Positions 11,060 to 22,265 are shown, counted from the first letter of the stretch. The stretch is DNA of 64,000 bases from Salinispira sp. (GCA_965602015.1 OZ271918.1:2400001-2464000), one strand, 5' to 3'. Numbers and translations: made by a program. Notes: generated by a model from the letters alone, not told the origin.

Positions 11060-11611
11060 TTACTTCCTGAACGGCATGCCGAGCTTGGCAAGCAGACTCT
11101 TTGCTTCAACATCGGTTTGCGCCGATGTTACTACGGCGATGTTCAAACCGCTGATCCTTTCAATCTTGTCGTACACGATTTCGGGAAAAATGATCTGCTC
11201 GGTGACGCCAAGGGAAAAGTTTCCGTGTCCGTCGAAGGCATTGGGATTCACACCCCGAAAGTCCTTTACCCGCGGAAGAGCGATATTTATGAGCCTGTCC
11301 AGGAACTCGTACATCCGGTCACCGCGAAGGGTAACTTTGCATCCGACTTCCATTCCTTCCCGAAGTTTGAAGTTCGAGATGGACTTCTTGGCCTTTGTTT
11401 TAACGGCGCGCTGACCGGCGATCTGGCTGAGCTCGTTCACTGCGACATCGAGGAGCTTCTTGTTGGAGATGGCGTCGCCTACTCCCATGCTCATGATCAC
11501 TTTTTCGACCCGGGGGAGCTGCATTGTGGATTTGTATCCGAACTCATCCTGGAGCTCCTTGCGCACCTTGTCGGAGTACAGGGCTTTTAATGTGGGTACT
11601 GCATTTGCCAT
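11060..11611 (-). CDS. rplE: 50S ribosomal protein L5
   Basis: [28 protein letters not shown]. Confidence 0.98.
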   Translation of the reverse strand: MANAVPTLKALYSDKVRKELQDEFGYKSTMQLPRVEKVIMSMGVGDAISNKKLLDVAVNELSQIAGQRAVKTKAKKSISNFKLREGMEVGCKVTLRGDRMYEFLDRLINIALPRVKDFRGVNPNAFDGHGNFSLGVTEQIIFPEIVYDKIERISGLNIAVVTSAQTDVEAKSLLAKLGMPFRK

Positions 11612-11931
11612 TACAGAGCCTCTCCTGTTTTCGCGCTGACGCGAACCTTTTTGTCGCCATCGATTTTATAGGCGACCCGGGTAGCCTTGCCGGATTTGGT
11701 CATGAGCTGAACATTTGACAGCTGCAGCGGGGCTTCAACATCCATAATGCCGCCCCGGTCGTTCTGGTTTTTCTTGCGAACGGCCTTCTTGACCATGTTG
11801 ACACCTTCTACGACGACCCGACCTTTTTTAAGATCGATACTCAGAACGCGTCCGGTTTTACCCTTTTCTCTACCAGCAATGACCTTAACCTGGTCATTCT
11901 TTTTTAGTTTGGTCTTGTATACATTACTCAT
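11611..11931 (-). CDS. rplX: 50S ribosomal protein L24
   Basis: KOW motif [18 protein letters not shown]. Confidence 0.97.
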   Translation of the reverse strand: MSNVYKTKLKKNDQVKVIAGREKGKTGRVLSIDLKKGRVVVEGVNMVKKAVRKKNQNDRGGIMDVEAPLQLSNVQLMTKSGKATRVAYKIDGDKKVRVSAKTGEAL

Positions 11932-11946
11932 CGCACTATCCTTCCC

Positions 11947-12315
11947 TTACAGTACTTCCGGAGCAAGGGAAACAATTTTCATAAAATCCCTATCCCGAAG
12001 TTCCCGGGCTACCGGTCCGAAGATACGCTTACCCTTGGGATTGTGGTTAGCATCGATGATTACGCAGGCGTTCTCATCGAACCTGATATATGTTCCGTCT
12101 TTCCTGCGGAACGCATTCTTGGTCCTGACAATTACGGCCTTTTCGACCTTCCCCTTTTTCAGGGGAGCGTTGGGCAGCGCGTCTTTCACGCTGACAACGA
12201 TAATGTCGCCGATACCGGCAGTCTTTCTCTTGCTGCCGCCAAGCACCTTGATACACTGGACCCGCTTGGCACCACTGTTATCTGCGACGGTCAGGTATGA
12301 TTGCATCTGGATCAT
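11947..12315 (-). CDS. rplN: 50S ribosomal protein L14
   Basis: [26 protein letters not shown]. Confidence 0.98.
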   Translation of the reverse strand: MIQMQSYLTVADNSGAKRVQCIKVLGGSKRKTAGIGDIIVVSVKDALPNAPLKKGKVEKAVIVRTKNAFRRKDGTYIRFDENACVIIDANHNPKGKRIFGPVARELRDRDFMKIVSLAPEVL

Positions 12316-12345
12316 TGTCTATCCTTCCTCTTATTCGCAGAGTGC

Positions 12346-12612
12346 TTAGCGAGCACGCTCCACAACCTCAACCATGCGCCAGGTCTTGTGCTTTGACACA
12401 GGCCGGCACTCCTCAACACGTACGGTATCACCGATATGGGCATCGTTGGCTTCATCATGAGCCTTGAGCTTCTTGGACCAAGTAACGTACTTCTTGTACA
12501 GCCCGTGAAGCTTCTTGGTGGTAACCTGCACCACGACGGTTTTATCCATTTTGTCGCTCACCACAACGCCGGTGTATGCGCGACGGTTCTTAGTAACCTT
12601 TGTATTTTCCAC
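12346..12612 (-). CDS. rpsQ: 30S ribosomal protein S17
   Basis: [22 protein letters not shown]. Confidence 0.97.
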   Translation of the reverse strand: MENTKVTKNRRAYTGVVVSDKMDKTVVVQVTTKKLHGLYKKYVTWSKKLKAHDEANDAHIGDTVRVEECRPVSKHKTWRMVEVVERAR

Positions 12613-12634
12613 GGCTATCTCTCCTCAATGGCCC

Positions 12635-12838
12635 TTAGTTGCCTTCGCCGGTAACTTCGGGGTGATTGTAGATAAGACTGTTCAACCGGGAAATCTGGCG
12701 GCGCAGGTTGCGTTTCTGAAGCGGGTTGTCCACATGGCCAACCACCGACTGAAACCGCACGTCTGTCAACTTAGTCTTAATCTCTTCCCGCTTCTGCACC
12801 AGTTCTTCAAAGGTCAGATCAGTAAACGAATTCTTCAT
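12635..12838 (-). CDS. rpmC: 50S ribosomal protein L29
   Basis: Start reassigned to MKNSF at 12838; RFQ...NP...RRQISRL; lies between rplP and rpsQ. Confidence 0.93.
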   Translation of the reverse strand: MKNSFTDLTFEELVQKREEIKTKLTDVRFQSVVGHVDNPLQKRNLRRQISRLNSLIYNHPEVTGEGN

Positions 12839-12842
12839 AGTT

Positions 12843-13268
12843 CTACTCCAGATCTTCCCGCGCAACAAACTTACACTTGATAGGCAGCTTGGAGGCGGCG
12901 CGAGCCATTGCCTCTCCGGCCAGCTCCCGGCTTACGCCAGCAATTTCAAACATGACCGTACCGGGCTTCACGACGGCGACCCAGGCATCAGGGGAGCCTT
13001 TACCGCTACCCATTCGGGTTTCAGCGGGCTTGCGGGTATAGGGCACATCGGGGAAGATGCGAATCCACACCTTACCGCCACGCTTAATGTGCCTGGTCAT
13101 TGCAATACGAGCAGCTTCAATTTGACGGTTGGTAATCCACTTGTTGCCAAGGGAAACCAGACCGAACTCTCCGAAGGCGATGGTATTTCCACGCTGTGCG
13201 CGGCCCATGAGGGAAGTGTTCACCTTACGCTGCTGCTTTCGGTATTTTAGTCTTTTAGGACTCAGCAT
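12843..13268 (-). CDS. rplP: 50S ribosomal protein L16
   Basis: RQIEAAR, WIRIFPD, RMGSGKG, KLPI. Confidence 0.98.
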   Translation of the reverse strand: MLSPKRLKYRKQQRKVNTSLMGRAQRGNTIAFGEFGLVSLGNKWITNRQIEAARIAMTRHIKRGGKVWIRIFPDVPYTRKPAETRMGSGKGSPDAWVAVVKPGTVMFEIAGVSRELAGEAMARAASKLPIKCKFVAREDLE

Positions 13269-13270
13269 AG

Positions 13271-13972
13271 TTAGTTACTCCCTCCGCGGGGCTCTCTCTT
13301 CTTCCGAACGAGAGCGCCGGCGTCTTCTTTCTCTTCCCGCTTGAGCACCTCACCCTTGAAAACCCACACCTTGACACCGATGATGCCGAAGGTGGTCTGG
13401 GATTCGGCGAAACCGTAATCAATATTCGCCCGGAAGGTATGCAGAGGCACGCGGCCCTGCTTAATCACCTCGTTCCGGCTCATTTCAGCACCGCCGAGAC
13501 GACCGGAAATAAGGATTTTCACACCCTGAGCACCGCCCTTCATTGCGGTGGCAGCAGTCATCTTCAGGGTACGTCGGAAGGACGCCCGTCCCTTGAGCTT
13601 GCGTGCAACATCCAGAGCGATGATTTGAGCTTCGATCTCGGGCTTCTTGATTTCCTTGATCTTAATCTGAATCTTCTTGCCGGTTGTCTTTTGCAGGGAG
13701 GCGCCGATCTTCTCAATGGTCGCTCCCTTGGTTCCGATGATAACACCGGGCCGAGAAGTATGAATCACCAGAGTGATGCGCTGGGGATGACGTACAATTT
13801 CAACTTCTGAAATATCGGCATTGCGGGTCTCGGGGAGACTCGCCAGTGCGCGCCGCAGTTTCAGATCCTCATGCAGGGTATCTGCATACTCCCGGGGATC
13901 CACATACCATTTGGAGCTCCAGGTTTTATTGATACCGAGACGAAGACCGATCGGATTTACTTTCTGTCCCAC
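13271..13972 (-). CDS. rpsC: 30S ribosomal protein S3
   Basis: [28 protein letters not shown]. Confidence 0.98.
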   Translation of the reverse strand: MGQKVNPIGLRLGINKTWSSKWYVDPREYADTLHEDLKLRRALASLPETRNADISEVEIVRHPQRITLVIHTSRPGVIIGTKGATIEKIGASLQKTTGKKIQIKIKEIKKPEIEAQIIALDVARKLKGRASFRRTLKMTAATAMKGGAQGVKILISGRLGGAEMSRNEVIKQGRVPLHTFRANIDYGFAESQTTFGIIGVKVWVFKGEVLKREEKEDAGALVRKKREPRGGSN

Positions 13973-13973
13973 G

Positions 13974-14336
13974 TTATACTCCCGCCTTCTTTACTTCATC
14001 GACAACCGCTGTGACGTGACTCATTCTCTTGCTGAGAATGTCCGCCCGACCGCGTCCGCGGCGCCACAACCTCTTGAGCCGAGGACCTTCATTGACGAAG
14101 AGCTCGCTAATAACCAGCATGTCCTCATCGAGATCCTTGTTTTGATACAGCGCATTGGCCGCTGCGCTCTGAATGACCTTCCGAAGAATTTTGGCGCCCT
14201 TGTGAGGAAGACTGTCCAGAATCGCTATCGCTTCGGGATAACGCTTTCGTCGAACGTTGTCTGCCACCCGGCGCACTTTGGTCGGAGAGATCAGAACATA
14301 GCGGGCATGTGCTTTGTAACCTTGCTTATCTGCCAT
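13974..14336 (-). CDS. rplV: 50S ribosomal protein L22
   Basis: [19 protein letters not shown]...KRMSHVT. Confidence 0.97.
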   Translation of the reverse strand: MADKQGYKAHARYVLISPTKVRRVADNVRRKRYPEAIAILDSLPHKGAKILRKVIQSAAANALYQNKDLDEDMLVISELFVNEGPRLKRLWRRGRGRADILSKRMSHVTAVVDEVKKAGV

Positions 14337-14349
14337 TCTTCAACTTCCT

Positions 14350-14631
14350 CTAGCGCTTGCCAGCTTTTTTATCTGATCCGGCATGACCCCGGAACAGTCT
14401 GGTGGGCGCAAACTCACCGAGCTTGTGACCGACCAGGTTTTCGGTAACGTAAACCGGAACCCAGGTCTTTCCGTTGTAAACCGATATGGTCAAACCAACC
14501 ATATCGGGGATGATGGTTGAAGAGCGGGAAAACGTCTTGATCATCTTCTTGCTCTCACCCTTGTTCATCTCAGTTACTTTTTTATAGAGACTCTTGGCAA
14601 CAAACGGTCCCTTTTTTACAGATCTTGACAC
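14350..14631 (-). CDS. rpsS: 30S ribosomal protein S19
   Basis: [22 protein letters not shown]. Confidence 0.98.
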   Translation of the reverse strand: MSRSVKKGPFVAKSLYKKVTEMNKGESKKMIKTFSRSSTIIPDMVGLTISVYNGKTWVPVYVTENLVGHKLGEFAPTRLFRGHAGSDKKAGKR

Positions 14632-14641
14632 GTCCTAACTC

Positions 14642-15466
14642 CTACTTTCTTCGCTTCACGATGAAGCGGCTGGAAGTCTTTCTCTTCTTCCTGGTTTTGT
14701 ATCCCTTGGTGGGCATACCCCAGGGAGAAACCGGATGACGTCCGCCGGAAGTACGGCCCTCACCACCACCATGGGGGTGGTCGACGGGATTCATAACGAC
14801 TCCCCGGACCTTCGGACGGCGACCAAGCCAGCGTGACCGGCCGGCCTTGCCAAGGCTTACATTCATGTGATCTTCATTGCCGACAATTCCGATGGTGGCG
14901 TAACACTTCTTAAACACCATGCGCATTTCACCGGAAGGAAGCTTTACGGTTACGTAGTCCTTTTCCTTCGCAACGACAGTTGCTGAAGCTCCGGCAGCCC
15001 GCACCAGCTGGCCACCGCGCCCGAGCTCGAGCTCGATGTTGTGCACCATGCTACCCAAGGGCACCATTTCGAGAGGCAGGGCGTTGCCCAGCTTGGGCTC
15101 TGCTTCGTCTCCGCTCATAACGGGGCTTCCAACTGCCAGGCCCCGGGGAGCCAGGATGTAGCGCTTGTCGCCGTCGGCATAGCTTACCAGGGCGATGTTG
15201 GCGCTCCGGTTGGGGTCGTATTCAATGGCCGAAACGACACCGGGGACGCCGTGCTTGTCCCGGGCAAAATCAATTACGCGGTATTTGCGCTTGTGACCGC
15301 CGCCTCTACGACGAACGGAAATCCGGCCTGCGGAGTTGCGCCCAGCTTTTTGACCCTTACCCTTGGTGAGGGCTTTTTCAGGACTCGCTTTGGTGATCTC
15401 GTCAAACGTCAGACCGGTGGTGCCGCGCAGACCAGGTGTTGTCGGGTTATAATTCTTTATTCCCAT
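14642..15466 (-). CDS. rplB: 50S ribosomal protein L2
   Basis: [26 protein letters not shown]. Confidence 0.98.
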   Translation of the reverse strand: MGIKNYNPTTPGLRGTTGLTFDEITKASPEKALTKGKGQKAGRNSAGRISVRRRGGGHKRKYRVIDFARDKHGVPGVVSAIEYDPNRSANIALVSYADGDKRYILAPRGLAVGSPVMSGDEAEPKLGNALPLEMVPLGSMVHNIELELGRGGQLVRAAGASATVVAKEKDYVTVKLPSGEMRMVFKKCYATIGIVGNEDHMNVSLGKAGRSRWLGRRPKVRGVVMNPVDHPHGGGEGRTSGGRHPVSPWGMPTKGYKTRKKRKTSSRFIVKRRK

Positions 15467-15484
15467 AATCTCTTCCTATAAGGT

Positions 15485-15769
15485 TCAGGCACCTTCGAAA
15501 ATTGAAATGGTTTCGCCTTTATTCAGGGTAACCACAGCTTTTTTCCAACCAGCGGTCTTGCCCAGCGCATAGCGTACGCGCCGGGGCTTGCCCTTGACGC
15601 TCACGATATTGCAGGCCAAGGGCTTCACCTTAAACAGGCTCTCCACCGCTTGCATTACTTGAATCTTGTTGGCCCGGGGACTTACCACGAAGCTATACTT
15701 GTTCTGCTCGCGCAGTCCGTTGCTCTTCTCGGTAAGAAGGGGCTCCAGAATTACTTCATCAGCTCTCAT
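15485..15769 (-). CDS. rplW: 50S ribosomal protein L23
   Basis: PLLTEKS, ANK, WKKAVVTL. Confidence 0.97.
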   Translation of the reverse strand: MRADEVILEPLLTEKSNGLREQNKYSFVVSPRANKIQVMQAVESLFKVKPLACNIVSVKGKPRRVRYALGKTAGWKKAVVTLNKGETISIFEGA

Positions 15770-15779
15770 CTATCTTCCC

Positions 15780-16424
15780 CTACTCAGCCTTGGCCGTCGC
15801 AGCTTCACCGTAAAACTCATTGAGCTTTGCGGCAGCGCTTTCCAGAACCAGCACCTTTTTACCGTAGAACAGGTCATGAGCCCGGAGCTTGTCGTAGCTC
15901 AGAGTAGTCAACCAGGGAATATTCCGTCCGGCGCGCTTGATCATCCGATCTTCATCCTTGAGGATGAGCACTGCCCGCTCTTCGGCGATGAGGTTTTTCA
16001 GGATCGACGCCAGGTTCTTGGTCTTTCCGTCTTCAATATTAAAATCTTCGACCACTACCAGGTTATCGTTCTGATTCTTCAGACTCAGAATCGATTTGAA
16101 TGCCAGCCTCTTAAGCTTACGGGGCATCTTATAGGAGTAATCCCGGGGACGGGGACCAAATGCGGCTCCACCGCCGACCCACACGGGACTCTGACGCGTA
16201 CCCATTCGGGCGCGACCGGTTCCCTTCTGCTTCCAGAGTTTCCGGTGCGAACCGCGGACCTCACTCCTGGTCTTGGTAGAAGCGGTGCCCTGGCGAAGGT
16301 TCGCCAGTTCGTTCCTGATGGCGTGATAAATAGCACCCTCGCTGACTTCCCGGTTAAACACCGAGTCGTCAAGAGCAATGCTCTTTACTTCCTTCCCATC
16401 TTTTGAAAGGACCTTCTTATCCAT
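15780..16424 (-). CDS. rplD: 50S ribosomal protein L4
   Basis: RQGTASTKTRSEV, QKGTGRAR, FGPRPR. Confidence 0.98.
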   Translation of the reverse strand: MDKKVLSKDGKEVKSIALDDSVFNREVSEGAIYHAIRNELANLRQGTASTKTRSEVRGSHRKLWKQKGTGRARMGTRQSPVWVGGGAAFGPRPRDYSYKMPRKLKRLAFKSILSLKNQNDNLVVVEDFNIEDGKTKNLASILKNLIAEERAVLILKDEDRMIKRAGRNIPWLTTLSYDKLRAHDLFYGKKVLVLESAAAKLNEFYGEAATAKAE

Positions 16425-16433
16425 AACCGTTTC

Positions 16434-17057
16434 CTAACCTTTTTTCTTTGCCTTCTGAAGAACGACAAAACTGTTCTTCCGGCCAGGAACTGCACCTTTA
16501 ACCAGCACAACCTGTTTTTCAGCATCAACTTTTACAATTCGGAGATTCTGAACGGTAACCCGCTCATTCCCCATGCGGCCTGACATTTTGAGACCCTTGA
16601 TAACCTTCGAGGGCCATGCGGCCATACCGGTCGAACCGTTCTCCCGGTGAAACTTCGAACCGTGGGTAGCCCGGCCACCGCCGAAACCCCAACGCTTCAT
16701 AACGCCCTGAGTTCCCTTACCTTTGGATGTGCCGATGACATCGACAAAGGGAACCTCGACAAAAAGATCCGCGCCGAATGTCTGCCCTATCTCCACTTCG
16801 CCGTCAAAATCCCGGAACTCGACCAGCCGCCGCTGCGGGGCGGTCTCACCTTTGAACTGACCGGCATACGGCTTGGTGGTACGGGTTTCTTTCATTTCGC
16901 CGGATCCGAGGACAACGGCGTTGTATCCGTCTTTTTCTTCTGTGCGCTGAGCAACCACCACATTTGGGTCGACTTTCAGCACGGTGACGGGGGTGACCAC
17001 ACCGGTTTCATCAAAAACCTGGGTCATACCGACTTTTTTTCCAATAAGCCCTATCAT
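16434..17057 (-). CDS. rplC: 50S ribosomal protein L3
   Basis: GKKVGMTQ, SKGKG, KGAVPG; ATG at 17057 follows a GAGG SD. Confidence 0.97.
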   Translation of the reverse strand: MIGLIGKKVGMTQVFDETGVVTPVTVLKVDPNVVVAQRTEEKDGYNAVVLGSGEMKETRTTKPYAGQFKGETAPQRRLVEFRDFDGEVEIGQTFGADLFVEVPFVDVIGTSKGKGTQGVMKRWGFGGGRATHGSKFHRENGSTGMAAWPSKVIKGLKMSGRMGNERVTVQNLRIVKVDAEKQVVLVKGAVPGRKNSFVVLQKAKKKG

Positions 17058-17197
17058 TGTATTCCTCACAATTGCTAAACAGCCGCCGACCTCAGATGAT
17101 CCGCACTGCTTAGGTAGCGATACATTTTGAACTCCGAGTCGTCATCCAACCTGCCATTAGGCAGTCCCGGACCGTGCCCGATTTCGAAGCAAATGTC

Positions 17198-17506
17198 CTA
17201 CTGCTTGATTTCTACGTCAACGCCAGCGGGCAGCTCGAGTTTCATAAGCGCATCCATCACCTGAGTGGTGGGCTCGATAATATCTATCAGGCGCTTGTGG
17301 GTCCGCATTTCGAACTGTTCGCGGCTTTTCTTGTTTACATGGGGTGAACGCAGCACCGTAAACTTGTTAATCCGCGTCGGAAGGGGGATGGGTCCTGAAA
17401 CCTTGGCACCCGACTTCTGCACGGTCTGTACGATGGATTTCGCGCTCTGATCAATCAGCTCTACATCAAAGCCGCGAAGGCGCACCCGAATCTTATCCTT
17501 AGACAT
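17198..17506 (-). CDS. rpsJ: 30S ribosomal protein S10
   Basis: [27 protein letters not shown]. Confidence 0.98.
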   Translation of the reverse strand: MSKDKIRVRLRGFDVELIDQSAKSIVQTVQKSGAKVSGPIPLPTRINKFTVLRSPHVNKKSREQFEMRTHKRLIDIIEPTTQVMDALMKLELPAGVDVEIKQ

Positions 17507-17656
17507 CTTTCCTCCAACGGTACACCGGTATCAAACCGGAAAACCGAATCGACGGCTTTGCCGGCAACCCCGGCAGCAGCCTGTCTTCCTTGCCGCTTTG
17601 ACTGCAGCGATTCTTCATCCGCTATTCGGCGGATTCGTTTTCAAAGAACACTTTTG

Positions 17657-17692
17657 AAAAACAAGCCGTTTCGCTCCGAAAAGCGAAACGGC
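17657..17692 (-). terminator. Terminator-like hairpin after tuf
   Basis: 11-bp stem GCCGTTTCGCT/AGCGAAACGGC (17665-17692) followed on the minus strand by TTGTTTTT. Confidence 0.65.
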
Positions 17693-17706
17693 CCGTGTCT
17701 GTCGAA

Positions 17707-18897
17707 TTACTCGACGATTTCAACAACCTGACCGGAAGCAACGGTTCGACCGCCTTCCCGGATAGCGAAACGAAGACCCTTGTCCATCGCGATGGGGTGG
17801 ATCAGTTCAACTTCGATATCGGTGTTATCACCAGGCATAACCATTTCCTTGCCGGAGGGCAGGGTAACGGTTCCGGTAATATCGGTGGTACGGAAATAAA
17901 ACTGGGGCCGGTAGCCGGAGAAGAAGGGAGAGTGACGACCACCCTCATCCTTGCTCAGGCAGTAGATGGTGCCCTTGAACTTGTGGTGAGGAGTGATGGA
18001 ACCGGGCTTGGCCAGTACCTGACCACGCTCAACGCCGTTCTTGTCTACACCGCGAAGAAGCGCACCGATGTTGTCACCAGCTTGACCTTCGTCAAGGAGC
18101 TTGTTGAACATTTCAACGCCGGTAACGGTGGTCTTGGCAGTGTCCCGGATACCGATGATTTCAACTTCCTCACCGACCTTGACAATACCTGCCTCAACAC
18201 GACCGGTAACAACCGTACCACGGCCCTGAATAGAGAAAATATCTTCAATGGGCATCAGGAAGGGCTTGTCTACCGCGCGCTCGGGCAGCGGGAAAAAGCT
18301 GTCCATGGTATTGAGGAGTTCTTCAATACAGGCGTTTGCAGCCGCGTCATCGGGGTTTTCCATCGCCTGGAAGGCGGAACCGCGGATAACGGGAATGTCT
18401 TCGCCGGGAAAATCATAGGTAGAGAGAAGTTCGCGGACTTCTTCTTCAACCAGGTCGATAAGCTCTTCGTCATCAACCATATCAGTCTTATTGATAAATA
18501 CCATCAGCGCAGGCACACCAACCTGACGGGCGAGCAGGATGTGCTCACGGGTCTGGCTCATGGGACCGTCGGTCGCGGATACAACGAGAACCGCACCGTC
18601 CATCTGGGCGGCACCGGTGATCATATTCTTCACATAGTCGGCGTGTCCCGGACAGTCAACGTGCGCATAGTGACGCTGATCGGACTCGTACTCGAGGTGA
18701 CGGGTGTTGATGGTGATACCCCGCGCCTTTTCCTCGGGTGCGTTGTCAATTTCATCGTAGTTCAAAGCCTTTGCACCGTACTTGTTCGCACTGAACATGG
18801 TGATGGCAGCACTCAGAGTCGTCTTGCCGTGGTCGACGTGACCAATGGTTCCGACGTTAATATGAGGCTTTTTTCTTTCGAACTTTTCCTTAGCCAT
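17707..18897 (-). CDS. tuf: Elongation factor Tu
   Basis: Start reassigned to MAKEKF at 18897 (GAGGAGG SD); [25 protein letters not shown]. Confidence 0.99.
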   Translation of the reverse strand: MAKEKFERKKPHINVGTIGHVDHGKTTLSAAITMFSANKYGAKALNYDEIDNAPEEKARGITINTRHLEYESDQRHYAHVDCPGHADYVKNMITGAAQMDGAVLVVSATDGPMSQTREHILLARQVGVPALMVFINKTDMVDDEELIDLVEEEVRELLSTYDFPGEDIPVIRGSAFQAMENPDDAAANACIEELLNTMDSFFPLPERAVDKPFLMPIEDIFSIQGRGTVVTGRVEAGIVKVGEEVEIIGIRDTAKTTVTGVEMFNKLLDEGQAGDNIGALLRGVDKNGVERGQVLAKPGSITPHHKFKGTIYCLSKDEGGRHSPFFSGYRPQFYFRTTDITGTVTLPSGKEMVMPGDNTDIEVELIHPIAMDKGLRFAIREGGRTVASGQVVEIVE

Positions 18898-19018
18898 TAC
18901 GCCCTCCTCACAGAATCGTAACGTGTAATTTTTGTCCTGCTCACATCTGTTCCATTGGATACACCGGGAAACTCGGATGAAAAGCTTCAGACATTTATAG
19001 TGAATAGAATGAGTTGGC

Positions 19019-19047
19019 ATTTTATTGAAGCGCAGATGCTTTGTCAA
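19019..19047 (-). promoter_or_regulatory. Sigma70-type promoter for tuf
   Basis: TTGACA-N17-TAAAAT on the minus strand, ~120 nt upstream of the tuf ATG. Confidence 0.75.
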
Positions 19048-19365
19048 CTTCGGTCGACAGGGCAATACGTCAAACGTATACCCGAGCACCCGGCTCATGG
19101 GAGGGAAATCACCAGCTTACCCGCTGCGCAAATATGCGCACGAAGCACGGTGACCACCTTACCATCCAATCTCAATCTATCCAACCGGACAAAGCCCGGT
19201 GCGATACACAATCATCGGAAGGTCGGTTTGGTCAATCAATATCGGCCGGGCATCAGCTGCGGCGATTGTTACCGCTTATCGTCCGGCCATTATTGGCGAT
19301 CATAAACACGACATCTCAAAGATCAATGCAATGTGGGCGGAATTTATCAGAAGCACGGGCACATG

Positions 19366-21021
19366 TCAAGCCCCGGCATTTGATAAATCGGGATCGGCGG
19401 AGCGAATGGGCAATTGAATGCAGAAACAGGCACCGATGTCCCGGGGAACTTCTCCTGCGAGCACTGGCCGTTCTTCCGTCCCGACATAGGAAAACTGGCC
19501 GCCGAGTTTTTGGCTTGTAAGGTTGTAGACAATGTGCAGCCCGAGGCCGGTGTTGCCCCGGTTCCGGCGGGTTGTGTAAAACGGCTCGAAGATTTTCCGC
19601 ACATGCTCTTCCGCTATGCCCGGGCCGTTATCGAGGAAGTACAATTCGAGAATGCCGTCACGGGTGACGGCGTGAAGCTCGATTCTATTGGGCTTCCCCG
19701 GATCATTGGATGGGTTCTCCGTGAAGGCGTGATGCAAACTGTTGCGGGTCAGATTGCTCAGCAGCTGCCACAGAACCCCGCGGTATGTCATTATTTTTAT
19801 ATCCCGCGGCACGTAAATTCCGACCCTTCCCCGGGCGGGTTTGAGTATGGTTACAAGGGTGTCTTCAATTTCCCTGAGGAACTGCAGCAGATCGATGCTG
19901 CTTTTTTCCTCAAAGTACTGATCAGCGGCGATCTGTTTAAAGTTGATTACCATGTCCCCTGCCCGGTTCAAATTGGCTGCACCAAGAGTCGCGGCGGCCT
20001 TTGCCTGATCAAGGATCTTGAGAAGCTCGGATTTTTTGAGCGCTGCGTCGTTGACACCCCGAACCGCTTCGGTAATGGCATCATTTATATAGGAGACCGC
20101 AGTGATTGAGACTCCAATGGGGGTATTGATTTCGTGGGCGAATCCCGCTACCAGACCGCCGAGTGCGGCCATTTTCTCCGACTCGATCAACTGGCTCTGG
20201 GCGAGTTTAAGCTCCTCCATACGTTTTTGCAGCTCCCCGGTTCGCTCCTCAATCTTACCCTCGAGATCCTGGGTAAAGGATTCAAGGCGATCGGCCATGG
20301 TGTTGAACTCGCCGGAGAGAATGCCCACTTCTCCACCCTCGGTGATTTCCGAGCGCTGACCGGTTTCACCCTCACCAAACAGGCTGACCGAGCGGGTCAG
20401 ATCGGCTATAGGTTCTGCAATGCGCCGGGATGCCGATGCCACGGCGAACACCGCGAGCAGGGAACCCGCAAGGCCAACCAGTGATGTGATGATTCCCGAG
20501 GATGCCAACGGCGCAAGGATGGGACTGAGGTCATTAAACACCACAAACAGCCATTCACTGGGCTCGTGGTAAAAAGCCGAAACAATCATGGAACGGGTGC
20601 GTTGTCCGCCGATTCCATCCGGCAAGATAAAACTATCTTCTTCAAGATTGGATAGGATGTCATTAAACAGATCGGGAGGCAGCCGGGAGCTGCCCTCTAT
20701 TATTTCGGGGCGGCGGAGGCTGCCGTCCGAGTTAACAACAAGAAAACCCCGCGAAAGATTACCGTCGGGATAAAAGCGCTCGTGAAGACTCTCGAGCAGC
20801 CGGTTCTGGAAAAACGGCACTGTGGAGATTTGAAGCGCTACATTTTGATCGTACTCCCGCAGGAATGTGTCCCGCAGGACGCTTGTTTCGAGCAGCAGCA
20901 GGTCCCTTTGAGCGGCGATGAGATAGTTCCGAGTCAGAAAGAGTTGGACCACAATTATCACCAGCAGCGGCAAAACCAACAGAGGGATGAATGTTCGTAG
21001 CAACCGGTTTCTAAGGGTCAC
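19366..21021 (-). CDS. Membrane sensor histidine kinase (2 TM, HAMP, HisKA, HATPase)
   Basis: HAMP (GEVGILSGEFNTMA), H-box GFAHEINTPIG, N-box NLTRNS, DNGPGI, FEPFYTT, GNTGLGL. Confidence 0.92.
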   Translation of the reverse strand: MTLRNRLLRTFIPLLVLPLLVIIVVQLFLTRNYLIAAQRDLLLLETSVLRDTFLREYDQNVALQISTVPFFQNRLLESLHERFYPDGNLSRGFLVVNSDGSLRRPEIIEGSSRLPPDLFNDILSNLEEDSFILPDGIGGQRTRSMIVSAFYHEPSEWLFVVFNDLSPILAPLASSGIITSLVGLAGSLLAVFAVASASRRIAEPIADLTRSVSLFGEGETGQRSEITEGGEVGILSGEFNTMADRLESFTQDLEGKIEERTGELQKRMEELKLAQSQLIESEKMAALGGLVAGFAHEINTPIGVSITAVSYINDAITEAVRGVNDAALKKSELLKILDQAKAAATLGAANLNRAGDMVINFKQIAADQYFEEKSSIDLLQFLREIEDTLVTILKPARGRVGIYVPRDIKIMTYRGVLWQLLSNLTRNSLHHAFTENPSNDPGKPNRIELHAVTRDGILELYFLDNGPGIAEEHVRKIFEPFYTTRRNRGNTGLGLHIVYNLTSQKLGGQFSYVGTEERPVLAGEVPRDIGACFCIQLPIRSADPDLSNAGA

Positions 21022-21057
21022 GGGAAACTCCGAGATATCTCATTAAACCCGCCATGC

Positions 21058-21999
21058 TTAATTGCTCCCCACCAGATCGAGGTAAAAATCAAAATCGACG
21101 CCCATCTGCTCCTCAAAAATTTCGCCAAGGCGGCCGTTGTCGAGGCTGTAGGCTACGAATTTTTCGATGATCGAGGCAAGGGTCCCGTTGTCCTGGGCAA
21201 CGCCCCAGCCCACAGTAACCAGACTGAGAATGAGGGGAGATGTTTCCAGACCTTCCATTTGCGTCATACCCTGAGCGAGGAAAATCGATCCATCAATCGT
21301 GTAATCGGAAAAACCTTCGCGAAGCAGGGAGAAAACGTCCGCACCCTCCTGGTACTCCTGAAGATCAATATCAAGGTTGTGCTCCCGGGCTATAGAGCTG
21401 AGAATATTCGTCTGGAATCCTCCGGGCCGCACGGCGAAGCTGGCCCCGTCGAGATCGGCAAACTCCAGCACCGATGAAGCATCATTGCCGATGAGCACAA
21501 TTCCCACGGGAAAAAGGCTCACCATGGTCATTAGCCGCTGACGCCATTCGTTGATTGCAAGCGGTCCCGACAGTATCTCAACCCGGCTGAATATATCAGG
21601 AGTATAGCTGATGTCGGGGTCTGCAATAAGAGCCGCCTGATCGAACTCACCGTCCCTCATGAAGTACTCAACTAGCTCGTCTGCCACATACACGTCGGCT
21701 TCAAGTTCCAGGGCCTCCACCAGGGCCAGGGCGAAATGATAATCGAACCCCGAGATGCTCCCGTCATCCGCTCGCTGATACGAGTACTCCTGGTTGATAA
21801 TTGCCAGGGGAAGACTACCGTCCAAACCGGCGATATACCCGAGCTCCATGTCTGTCAGTCGATCGAGAAACTGCTCCGGCATTTCCTCTGCAGGGATGGC
21901 GGCGGGGCCGACGGGCTGAGTGGATGTTCTGTCGCCGCATGCGAGTATTCCCAGGAGGGCTATGATTACTAAAACTGTGACCGTCGGAATTCTATTCAT
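21058..21999 (-). CDS. Solute-binding lipoprotein (amino-acid-type SBP family 3-like)
   Basis: Lipobox ILAC; GSISGFDYHFA, DLDGASFAVRPG; no permease nearby. Confidence 0.75.
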   Translation of the reverse strand: MNRIPTVTVLVIIALLGILACGDRTSTQPVGPAAIPAEEMPEQFLDRLTDMELGYIAGLDGSLPLAIINQEYSYQRADDGSISGFDYHFALALVEALELEADVYVADELVEYFMRDGEFDQAALIADPDISYTPDIFSRVEILSGPLAINEWRQRLMTMVSLFPVGIVLIGNDASSVLEFADLDGASFAVRPGGFQTNILSSIAREHNLDIDLQEYQEGADVFSLLREGFSDYTIDGSIFLAQGMTQMEGLETSPLILSLVTVGWGVAQDNGTLASIIEKFVAYSLDNGRLGEIFEEQMGVDFDFYLDLVGSN

Positions 22000-22077
22000 A
22001 AGCGACCTCGTTCAGCGATTGTTTGTTTACCAGTATACAAAAAGCTGCGAAGAAAGTCGGCCTGTGGGGGATAAATT

Positions 22078-22229
22078 CGCAGTGCCCCTAAAACAGCTGA
22101 TTTACGGGCCGCAAATACCTACAGCAGAAACAGAAACCAGAGTTTGGCGATGTCTTCAATGGAAGGGAGGCAATTTCTGACCTGCTAAGCGATTAGATGA
22201 TTTAAATCAGCTGTTTTGGGGGCACTGCG
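22078..22229. mobile_element. MITE-like 152-bp element with 27-bp terminal inverted repeats
   Basis: CGCAGTGCCCCTAAAACAGCTGATTTA (22078-22104) and TAAATCAGCTGTTTTGGGGGCACTGCG (22203-22229) are 26/27 complementary; the interior is too short for a transposase. Confidence 0.6.
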
Positions 22230-22236
22230 TAAAGAT

Positions 22237-22265
22237 TTGACGGGAACCGTCGGCAGTTATACAAT
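22237..22265 (+). promoter_or_regulatory. Sigma70-type promoter for the SDR gene (leaderless geometry)
   Basis: TTGACG-N17-TACAAT, with ATG 8 nt downstream and no SD. Confidence 0.65.

Noticed and set aside
6898..18897. Absence of adk/map/infA after secY and of rpsL-rpsG-fusA before tuf
   Set aside because: Known spirochete gene order; useful for taxonomy but not novel.
17695..18921. 408-aa plus-strand ORF opposite tuf, and similar antisense ORFs over the r-protein, sufB, topA and clpC genes
   Set aside because: Expected by-product of codon bias on the opposite strand of well-supported genes.
18898..19365. Intergenic region upstream of tuf, checked for tRNA genes or a real short ORF
   Set aside because: No cloverleaf or T-loop pattern seen and the ORFs have no motifs; only the tuf promoter is supported.
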